The notes under the pieces: model-generated | What the model was told of the DNA's origin: nothing | The model's database searches: none | What the model saw: only the letters and a program-made list of their open reading frames with translations | Translations under genes and position numbers: made by a program | IMG/VR virus record: IMGVR_UViG_3300045988_010188 | Reading direction: 5' to 3' (one strand) | DNA: 43,735 bases | Source: a virus | In this document: one piece after another, positions 8,021-15,304 of the stretch | Position numbering within the stretch: position 1 is the first letter of the stretch | Layout: every line of letters begins with the position of its first letter

Positions 8021-9093
8021 TGCTGCCAATCAATCAGCCGCTGACGAATGAAGCAGCAAAGAAACTGATGGCGCTGGACGTGCAGGACAAGGAGATACTG
8101 ACCTACGAGAAACTGGACGAGTGGTACACCGCATGGGGCGGGCAGTGCTACGTCAGTTTTTCCGGTGGAAAGGACAGCACGGTGCTGGCGTATCTGGCGG
8201 CTCGGTATCTGGCGAGCTTCAGGACACCGCCGTGGGAGCTGAACTTGGTGTTTGTGAACACTGGGTTGGAGTACCCGGAGATACAGAAGTTCGTCAATGA
8301 GTACGCCGACTGGCTGCGGAGGGAGTTCCCCCGCGTGACCGTAAACCTTCACCGTTTGCGGCCGAAGATGAACATCCGGCAGGTTGTAACGAAGTACGGG
8401 TACAGCATCATCGGTAAAGACGTAGCGCACCGGATAGAAACCGCGCGGCATTCACCAGATAGCCGAAGTATGAAACTATTGCGTGGGGAAGTCTTACGCG
8501 CCGATGGGAAAAAGAGTATGTACAACTGTGAAAAGTGGGAGTATTTGCTTTCGGCTCCATTTCTCATATCAGACAAGTGCTGTGGAATTATGAAAAAGTC
8601 CCCGTCAAAGAGCTATGAGCACCGAGCGGATGTCAAGCCCACGACGGCAACAATGGCGGAGGAAAGCCTTCTGCGTATGCAGAAATGGCGCGAAACCGGC
8701 TGCAACGCCTTTGAAGGAGGGCGTCCCTTATCTAAGCCCATGAGTTTCTGGACGGAGCAGGATGTGCTGCGGTTTATCGTGGAGCGGGGGCTACCCTACG
8801 CCAGCGTGTACGGCGACATCGTGGCCAGCGACGGCGAGAATGACTACGGCGCGACGCTGATCGACTGCAAGTTGCACTGCACGGGATGCCAGAGAACCGG
8901 GTGCTGCTATTGCGGATTTGGAAGTCATTTGGAAAAATCTCCCAACAGGTACGAGATGATGAAACTGACGCACCCGAAGCACTACCAGTTCTGCATCGGC
9001 GGTGGGGCGTTCGACACGGACGGACTGTGGAAACCCACGAAAGACGGCCTTGGCTATGCGCGGGTGCTGGACTACATCGGAGTGAGGTGTTGA
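8020..9093 (+). CDS. PAPS-reductase-family PP-loop protein (IbrA/DndC-like).
   Basis: PP-loop SFSGGKDST and a C-terminal Cys cluster CTGCQRTGCCYCGFG. Confidence 0.8.
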   Translation: MLPINQPLTNEAAKKLMALDVQDKEILTYEKLDEWYTAWGGQCYVSFSGGKDSTVLAYLAARYLASFRTPPWELNLVFVNTGLEYPEIQKFVNEYADWLRREFPRVTVNLHRLRPKMNIRQVVTKYGYSIIGKDVAHRIETARHSPDSRSMKLLRGEVLRADGKKSMYNCEKWEYLLSAPFLISDKCCGIMKKSPSKSYEHRADVKPTTATMAEESLLRMQKWRETGCNAFEGGRPLSKPMSFWTEQDVLRFIVERGLPYASVYGDIVASDGENDYGATLIDCKLHCTGCQRTGCCYCGFGSHLEKSPNRYEMMKLTHPKHYQFCIGGGAFDTDGLWKPTKDGLGYARVLDYIGVRC

Positions 9094-9094
9094 G

Positions 9095-9775
9095 ATGGGT
9101 AAGCAGACTGCGATAAACGCCGACTGTATGGAGTATATGCGGACGCTGCCGGACAAGGCATTTGACCTCGCCATTGTAGATCCGCCGTACTTCTCCGGCC
9201 CGGAACGCAGAGGGTATTACGGCAACAAGGTCAGTCCCATCGGCGTACACCGGGACTATCTAATTTCACCGAAGTGGGACATTCCGGGAACAGACTACTT
9301 TTCGCAGCTTGTGCGCGTGGCGAAAAAGTATATTGTATGGGGGTGTAATTACTTTGGTGTTGTTTTTCCGCCGGGGCGCATCGTTTGGGACAAGTGCAAC
9401 GGTAACAGTTCTTTTTCGGACTGCGAGATCGCGGCGACAAACTGCCACGATAGCGTTCGTATCTTTCGTTATATGTGGAACGGAATGTTTCAGGGGAAAA
9501 GCATCACGGACGGCACAACTCAGCAAGGAAACAAGGCACTAAACGAGGTACGCATCCATCCAACGCAGAAGCCGGTGGCGCTGTATGAATGGCTGCTGCA
9601 GAAGTACGCGAAAGAAGGTTGGCGCATTTTGGACACGCACCTCGGCAGCGGCTCAAGCCGTATTGCGGCCTACAACCTCGGCTTTGAGTTTGTGGGGTGC
9701 GAGATCGAACCGACATATTTCCAACTGCAAGAACAGCGGTTTGCGGAACATACGGCGCAGGAAAGGTTGTGGTGA
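9095..9775 (+). CDS. DNA amino-methyltransferase (N6A or N4C, beta-class motif order).
   Basis: DPPY motif near the N-terminus, HPTQKP, and an AdoMet motif ILDTHLGSGSS near the C-terminus. Confidence 0.88.
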   Translation: MGKQTAINADCMEYMRTLPDKAFDLAIVDPPYFSGPERRGYYGNKVSPIGVHRDYLISPKWDIPGTDYFSQLVRVAKKYIVWGCNYFGVVFPPGRIVWDKCNGNSSFSDCEIAATNCHDSVRIFRYMWNGMFQGKSITDGTTQQGNKALNEVRIHPTQKPVALYEWLLQKYAKEGWRILDTHLGSGSSRIAAYNLGFEFVGCEIEPTYFQLQEQRFAEHTAQERLW

Positions 9776-9778
9776 CGC

Positions 9779-10054
9779 ATGGGCAAGCAGCGTTTGAGCA
9801 GGGACGACCGCATCTTTATGCGGGGCAAGCTACAGGGCACACGGGAGAACATGGACATGGTGGCAATGGTACTGATGGATAAATGCGGCTGGCACGTCCA
9901 AGAGGAGACAGCGGACAGCCGGGACACGCAGAGCATCGCGTATCTGTACGAGTGCCTGGAGAAGCTGGCGGAGGAAATAAACGAGGGCCGCATCAAGCGG
10001 AAGCACATCAAGGACGTGCTGAAGGACGAGTGCGGCGTTGTGTTTGGAGATTGA
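9779..10054 (+). CDS. Hypothetical protein.
   Basis: Packed ORF between the two methyltransferase genes. Confidence 0.5.
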   Translation: MGKQRLSRDDRIFMRGKLQGTRENMDMVAMVLMDKCGWHVQEETADSRDTQSIAYLYECLEKLAEEINEGRIKRKHIKDVLKDECGVVFGD

Positions 10055-10058
10055 TGGA

Positions 10059-11498
10059 ATGAAAATACTGATCGGCGGAAGCCCCTGCACACATTGGAGT
10101 ATCGCACAGACCAAGAACCGCGAAACCGAGGCCAGCGGCGTCGGCTGGGAGTTGTTTCTGAATTATCGCATCGCACGGGACAAGTACCAGCCGGACTATT
10201 TTCTCTACGAGAACAACAAGAGTATGTCGCCCGCCATCCGGGCGCAGATCACGGCGGAGCTGGGCGTGGAACCCGTGCTTATCAACTCCGCGCTGGTATC
10301 GGCGCAGAACAGACAGCGCTTGTATTGGGTGGGCAGACGGAACCCGGACGGCACATACAACCAAGTGCCGGTGGAGCAGCCGGTGAACCGTGGGACCCTC
10401 CTGCGCGACATTCTGGAAAGTGGTGTCTGCTGGAAAGAAAAAGGGTATGCCCTGCTGTCCACAACTGGCGGAACCACGGCGGACGACATGGTTTCCAGAC
10501 ACCAGCGGAATGGTGCGGCGGAACCTGTTGCCATTAAGCCGCTGACCGAAAAAGAAATGGATTATATGGTGCGCGAAACCAAGGACGGGCGGAATCATTT
10601 TGATTTCGATTATTTCCACGACGCAATGAAGGGAAAAAGCGCCTGCGTGACGGCGAACACCCACAAGGGCGTCCCGTATAACGTTCTGGTGGAGCCGGTG
10701 AGGATCGGACCATTGAGAACGACGCAAAGAACCAGACTTTTGACAGCCAGCAATACAGGGGTTACAGCCCGGACGCCAAAAAGCGTAACCCTCTGCGGGA
10801 ATGGCGGCGGCCTGGGTGCAAAAACCGGGCTTTATGCCGTGCCTGTGGCTGGGCGCGTCGTGGGACGCAGGATCAACGAGCAAGGCCACCGCGACGATTA
10901 CAACGAAGCGATCCCACATTTCCAGTATTTCGAGGTAAACGAAGAACCGCAGAAAACCAACTGCCTGACAACCGTTCAGAAAGACAATATGATTGCCGTC
11001 CCCGTTATCCCGGACGGGAAAGGGCAGTTTGTAATTAAGGCGGCAGGCGGAAAAGAAATCCCAGTTTACGAGGTTCGCGGCGGGCGGATCACCATCAAAG
11101 AAAAGACATACCCCATTAAACTGGCAGACGGATTTTACATCATTCGCAAACTGACCGTAACGGAATGTAAACGCCTCCAGACCGTGCCGGACACATACGC
11201 CTTTCCCGTCAGCGACACCCAGGCGTATAAAATGCTGGGCAACGGCTGGACCGTGGATGTGATTGCCCACATTATGAGCCATTTTACCGGGCTGACGGAG
11301 GAGCCGGTGGAAGTGCTTTCTATGTACGACGGTATGAGCTGCGGGCATATTGCATTGGAAAAGATGGGTGTGAATGTTACAACATACTATGCAACCGAGA
11401 TCGACAAATACGCCGTACAGACCACACAGCACAATTACCCGGACACCATGCAACTGGGCGACGCTTTCCAAGTACGAAAGGAGGATTGGGTGCTATGA
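10059..11498 (+). CDS. DNA (cytosine-5) methyltransferase with circularly permuted motif order (IV-X, then I-III).
   Basis: GGSPCTHWS (IV), YENN (VI), QNRQRLYW (VIII), LTVTECKRLQTVPDTY (IX), GNGWTVDVI (X), then C-terminal VLSMYDGMSCGHIALEKMG (I), YATEIDKYA (II), QLGDA (III). GGAGA RBS before ATG 10059. Confidence 0.85.
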   Translation: MKILIGGSPCTHWSIAQTKNRETEASGVGWELFLNYRIARDKYQPDYFLYENNKSMSPAIRAQITAELGVEPVLINSALVSAQNRQRLYWVGRRNPDGTYNQVPVEQPVNRGTLLRDILESGVCWKEKGYALLSTTGGTTADDMVSRHQRNGAAEPVAIKPLTEKEMDYMVRETKDGRNHFDFDYFHDAMKGKSACVTANTHKGVPYNVLVEPVRIGPLRTTQRTRLLTASNTGVTARTPKSVTLCGNGGGLGAKTGLYAVPVAGRVVGRRINEQGHRDDYNEAIPHFQYFEVNEEPQKTNCLTTVQKDNMIAVPVIPDGKGQFVIKAAGGKEIPVYEVRGGRITIKEKTYPIKLADGFYIIRKLTVTECKRLQTVPDTYAFPVSDTQAYKMLGNGWTVDVIAHIMSHFTGLTEEPVEVLSMYDGMSCGHIALEKMGVNVTTYYATEIDKYAVQTTQHNYPDTMQLGDAFQVRKEDWVL

Positions 11499-11821
11499 CA
11501 AGAGACGAAATCATAACCGCGCTGCGGTGCTGTGAGCAGCATAAGAAATGCGAAGGAGCGTGTCCTCTGATTGCCGAGTTTGGATGTATCGAAAAAGCGA
11601 TGGGATACGCCGCTGACTTGATCGAGAACCAGCAGCGGCACATCGAGGCACTGTTGCAGGCTAACGCCGCCCTGCGGGATACCGTACTGCGGCGGGATGC
11701 GCAGATCGAGAAGATGAGCGCAGACCGGAAAGCCCTTATCAACGAGCTATGCCAATACTGCGGGAAGTACAAACGAGCACACGAGGGCGCCTGTGACGGG
11801 TGCAAATGGAGGGAAATGTGA
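11495..11821 (+). CDS. Cys-rich protein with a coiled coil.
   Basis: ATGA overlap with the MTase stop. Contains CCEQHKKCEGACP and CQYCG...CDGC. Confidence 0.6.
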   Translation: MTRDEIITALRCCEQHKKCEGACPLIAEFGCIEKAMGYAADLIENQQRHIEALLQANAALRDTVLRRDAQIEKMSADRKALINELCQYCGKYKRAHEGACDGCKWREM

Positions 11822-12186
11822 TGGATGCTGCGAAGTTTATAGAAGAGCGCAACAGAATGTGCAAATCGTTTAATTGGTGTTCTGACGGTTGCCCTGCCTG
11901 GGATGGTTCGTGCAAACTCGGGGTTGGAACTGGAACATACCTCAAATGTGAAGTAGATAAAGGGGTTAAGGTCGTAGAGGAGTGGTCTGCCGCACACCCG
12001 CGCAAGACGCGGCAGAGCGTTTTTCTGGAGCAGTGGCCACAGGCGAGTATTGGAGATGATGGTGTGCTGCAAGTATGCCCCTGCCCAATTTCTGAATCGC
12101 ACAGGAATGCACAGGGCGGCTGCGTCAATATCCATCGCCGATGCCATGACTGTCGTAAAGAATTTTGGGGTCAGGAGGTGGAGTGA
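11821..12186 (+). CDS. Cys-rich protein.
   Basis: CKSFNWCSDGCPAWDGSC ... CPCP ... CHDC. Overlaps the upstream stop by 1 nt. Confidence 0.6.
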   Translation: MDAAKFIEERNRMCKSFNWCSDGCPAWDGSCKLGVGTGTYLKCEVDKGVKVVEEWSAAHPRKTRQSVFLEQWPQASIGDDGVLQVCPCPISESHRNAQGGCVNIHRRCHDCRKEFWGQEVE

Positions 12187-12187
12187 T

Positions 12188-12319
12188 ATGGAAAATCTGT
12201 TGCAAAACATCGCCAGCGGGCTGTGGATCGTGCTGGGCGTGTACTGTTTCTTCGGGCTAAGAAAGTGGAACAAGCGGTTCAGCGAGTTGTATGACGAACT
12301 GAAAGAGGAGATGAAGTGA
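12188..12319 (+). CDS. 43-aa membrane peptide.
   Basis: MENLLQNIASGLWIVLGVYCFFGL has one TM segment. The gene is tightly packed. Confidence 0.45.
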   Translation: MENLLQNIASGLWIVLGVYCFFGLRKWNKRFSELYDELKEEMK

Positions 12320-12492
12320 TGGGAGAGCATAAGCACAACCCCACTGCCGTCGCTGCGAAGAACGGCGAACTGCCGCCGAAAAAGAAGCCGATGGGCACGG
12401 CGGAGAGTAGGGCGTGGATGTACACATGGATACGAGAGCACACGCCGCTGGGCATCATGGAACGTGAGATAAGGAGGAACTACAATGGCTAA
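12319..12492 (+). CDS. 57-aa hypothetical protein (below the track cutoff).
   Basis: ATG overlaps the upstream TGA. Translation MGEHKHNPTAVAAKNGELPPKKKPMGTAESRAWMYTWIREHTPLGIMEREIRRNYNG. Its stop overlaps the next gene. Confidence 0.45.
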   Translation: MGEHKHNPTAVAAKNGELPPKKKPMGTAESRAWMYTWIREHTPLGIMEREIRRNYNG

Positions 12493-12769
12493 ATGGAGAG
12501 TATATGAGGCAGATGTTCCGCAGTGTACTGGCTGTGGAATGTGGATGCCGTTCGCCAGATACCGGCGTGGTCAAGGGACGAATGCGAGAGAAATCACAAA
12601 CTATTGCCCATATTGTGGTAGGAAGATAACGGCGATGCCGATGTGTAGCGACTGCAAATATGGTCATGGAGAGTGGAAGGAGGACGGAATATGTTACGCC
12701 TGCCGTGAGCAGGTATGGGTTCCGGGAGCGCCACACAGAAAAGCTGGAGAGGAGAACGACAATGGCTGA
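12485..12769 (+). CDS. Zinc-ribbon protein.
   Basis: CTGCG...CPYCG...CSDC...CYAC. Confidence 0.6.
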   Translation: MAKWRVYEADVPQCTGCGMWMPFARYRRGQGTNAREITNYCPYCGRKITAMPMCSDCKYGHGEWKEDGICYACREQVWVPGAPHRKAGEENDNG

Positions 12770-13025
12770 ATACATTGAGCGGGAAGCGCTGATAGCCAAA
12801 TTTGAGCGGATGGAGTTGGGTGAAAACAGCTTTATCGAAAGAGTATTTGCAGACGGGGTATATGCCATTATTGAACAATTCCCCGCCGCTGATGTTGCCC
12901 CGGTGGTGCGCTGCAAGGACTGCAAGTATAACATGGGGAGCAAAAAGTGTTTGAACCCTGACAGCTTTTTTGCGGTGCCGAAGGACGACGACTTCTGCTC
13001 CTACGGTAAGAGAAAGGAGGAATAG
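12762..13025 (+). CDS. Hypothetical Cys-containing protein.
   Basis: MAEYIEREALIAKF...CKDCKY. GGAGAGGAG RBS upstream. Confidence 0.55.
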   Translation: MAEYIEREALIAKFERMELGENSFIERVFADGVYAIIEQFPAADVAPVVRCKDCKYNMGSKKCLNPDSFFAVPKDDDFCSYGKRKEE

Positions 13026-13038
13026 CGTCATAAAACAA

Positions 13039-13623
13039 ATGAAACCAACCACAAATGACCGCATTATCGCCGCAGCGTGGGTGCTGCTGATACTGGCGGC
13101 GGCGCTGGTGGTGCTGACCGGCTTTTCTGAGAAGGTGCCGGAACGCGAGGAGCGCACGATTCTGGTGATCGAGGGCGGCCCACACGAAGAAGCATACGAA
13201 GACCCGGACGAAGCGGAGAAAAGCGCGGAGGCGGTGATTGCAGCCATCGGAACAGACCGAGAGTTTGAGACCTTCGGCTACGACGTGACGAAGGTGCTTC
13301 AGATCGTTACGGCAGAAGCGGGAAACGACGCCGACCAATGCCGTGGCATTGTACAAGCCCTGTTTAATGCATGCAATCGCCACAGGAACCGCTGCACGCC
13401 GGAGGAAGTATGCAGGGAGTATCAGTATACCACCCCGGCAAGCTGGGTGTCTGACGCGGCGCGAAACGCCTTTTGCGAGGTGTTTGTGTACGGTGAGACA
13501 TTTACCGACATCGGCAATGCGACGGTGTTTTATAATCCCCAGATCGCCGGACACAGCGAATACCATGAGGGGCAGATTTACGTTTGCAGCATCGGAGATG
13601 TGAAGTATTTCGAGGAAGTGTGA
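13039..13623 (+). CDS. Membrane-anchored SleB-like cell-wall hydrolase domain protein.
   Basis: N-terminal TM segment AAAWVLLILAAALVVL. The C-terminus TAEAGNDADQCRGIVQALFNACNRH... resembles the Hydrolase_2 pattern, from memory. Confidence 0.55.
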   Translation: MKPTTNDRIIAAAWVLLILAAALVVLTGFSEKVPEREERTILVIEGGPHEEAYEDPDEAEKSAEAVIAAIGTDREFETFGYDVTKVLQIVTAEAGNDADQCRGIVQALFNACNRHRNRCTPEEVCREYQYTTPASWVSDAARNAFCEVFVYGETFTDIGNATVFYNPQIAGHSEYHEGQIYVCSIGDVKYFEEV

Positions 13624-13683
13624 AAAGTGTTTAATTAGAATAACTACTTTAGAGGATCAGCGTTTTTGCACTATAAACATTGC

Positions 13684-13702
13684 AAAAAGTATGGTACAAT
13701 AG
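13684..13702 (+). promoter_or_regulatory. Extended -10 promoter, copy 1 of a shared 19-nt block.
   Basis: AAAAAGTATGGTACAATAG with TGgTACAAT at 13692-13700. It differs at one position from 22114-22132. Confidence 0.6.
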
Positions 13703-13809
13703 TCGTGGGGACGTGCAGACCCTATGACACCTCCTATTCATCATCTTGCTTGCATTCATTTTTCATTCTCCTTTCTGTGGCCCGTCGTTGCACGGCGGCG
13801 GGCACACAC

Positions 13810-13893
13810 GGCATTGTAGCTCAGTTGGAAGAGCGCACGGCGGAAACCGCCGCCGATGGACGATGCAGGGTTCGATTCCCGCCAATGCCTCCA
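13810..13893 (+). tRNA. tRNA-like element with a non-canonical anticodon arm (possibly degenerate).
   Basis: 7-bp acceptor stem GGCATTG/CAATGCC, D-arm GCTC-AGTTGGAA-GAGC, T-loop GGTTCGATTCC and an encoded CCA. However, the anticodon region is CGGCGG-AAA-CCGCCG, there are 13 extra nt, and the T-stem has a bulged A. Confidence 0.45.
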
Positions 13894-14600
13894 TTCAACC
13901 GCTTTCCCGCCAGCGGTATATGACGGGTATACGCCGGACTGCGTGAGCTATCCCACGATCAGGGGCGGGAGGTCGCACCTCCCATCCGGTCACAGTGTGC
14001 CGACACATAGAAAACGGCTGGGCAATACGGAGCCTGTAGAGACGGAATCCGCGACGAAAAAAGCGGTGCGGCACTACCGTGGGCAAGTGGCATAGCGTCC
14101 CGCCCGAAAGTGTGCCAGAACATTGAAGCGGTAGGCGCTCCGCCATACGTTTACCGAGGAGTTCCGAAGGGTTGTGCGTATTCCTCAAAGCGGATAGGCA
14201 AAAGCCGAAAGAAAACGCACTATATGCGGCATAGGTGCCTCGCAAGGGGAGACCACAGCGAGTGACGGGGACTTTCCCCGAAGCGCTAAAGTAGGGTAGG
14301 ACTGCAATGCCGTACCAGATGCCGGGTAGCGCCCGGACAATGTGAGACCGTTGTCGTCATGGCTCACATGGAAATGACAAAGCTCGCTGAAAACTGCGCT
14401 TGTCTTGATGCGTCAAGACCGGTTTGACCTGACGGAATAGGGGCTACGACTTTTCGGAGCGTAGTTGCCGGTAGCGTGTGACAATCTAAGTGAGAAAGAC
14501 GGCCAATGGAAAGAAAAATGCCCAATGTGGGCGGCGTTGTAGCCCTTCGGGGCGGGTAAAGTCTGCTATATTTCCGGAGATTGGTGCGTGTAGATAGCGA
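13894..14600 (+). ncRNA. Candidate large structured ncRNA or late leader.
   Basis: No credible CDS in the region. It holds at least 10 GC-rich hairpins, several with GNRA or UUCG loops (coordinates in the findings), plus long-range complementarity. A promoter lies upstream. Confidence 0.45.
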
Positions 14601-14621
14601 GATGCAAGAGGGAGATGGAGA

Positions 14622-15203
14622 ATGAACGATAAAGTCACAGACATGGAGGTAACGCCCAAGCGCGGACGTGGAAGACCCAAAGGCTCAGGAGGAAACAAGC
14701 GCCCCGACTGCGCCGTGCAGACAAATCCCGGTGATAACACAAAGTACCTGAACCACGCGCTTATCATGTTCAAGTGGGACGATCCCGATATGGAGAGCGT
14801 AGAACAAGTATCTACCAGAATTGCAGACTACTTTGATTTGTGTGCAGAGAACGACATGAAGCCCAGTGTAGCAGGCTTAGCGCTTGCTTTTGGTGTTTCA
14901 CGGGAGACTTTGACGCGGTGGGCAAACGGGACAGGAGAGAACAGAAGCCGAATCTTGCCCGCCGGAGTGCGCCACACGCTTAAAAAAGCGTACCAAATTT
15001 TGAACGCGCAGATGGAGGATTATATGCAAAACGGCAAGATTAACCCAGTTGCGGGTATTTTTTTGATGAAAAACAACATGGGCTATCAGGACAAGCAGGA
15101 AGTGGTCTTGACCCCCAACCAGCCTTTGGGCGAGCAACTATCGCCGGAGGACTTGCAACAGAAATATCTTACCGACATCGCTGCGGAGATCGACGAAAAC
15201 TGA
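14622..15203 (+). CDS. terS: Terminase small subunit.
   Basis: N-terminal basic GRGRPKGSGG and an HTH-like LALAFGVSRETLTRWANG. FLMKNNMGYQDKQEV is typical of the terS family. Confidence 0.75.
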   Translation: MNDKVTDMEVTPKRGRGRPKGSGGNKRPDCAVQTNPGDNTKYLNHALIMFKWDDPDMESVEQVSTRIADYFDLCAENDMKPSVAGLALAFGVSRETLTRWANGTGENRSRILPAGVRHTLKKAYQILNAQMEDYMQNGKINPVAGIFLMKNNMGYQDKQEVVLTPNQPLGEQLSPEDLQQKYLTDIAAEIDEN

Positions 15204-15304
15204 ACGGAATCCCGCACACTTCGAAAAATGGGTGAGAAAAACACGGGGTTGATACACGGAATCTCGTACAGACGACCATTTTGGAGTATTTTGGAGGTGC
15301 GAAC

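Noticed and set aside
10008-11471. 487-aa minus-strand ORF.
   Set aside because: It lies antisense to the C5 methyltransferase, which carries all the catalytic motifs.
13666-14367. ORFs 13666-13923, 13746-13946, 13856-14095, 13895-14245 and 14185-14367 in the 1-kb gap.
   Set aside because: They overlap each other on both strands, mostly have alternative starts and lack an RBS. One runs through the tRNA-like element. The region is better explained as RNA.
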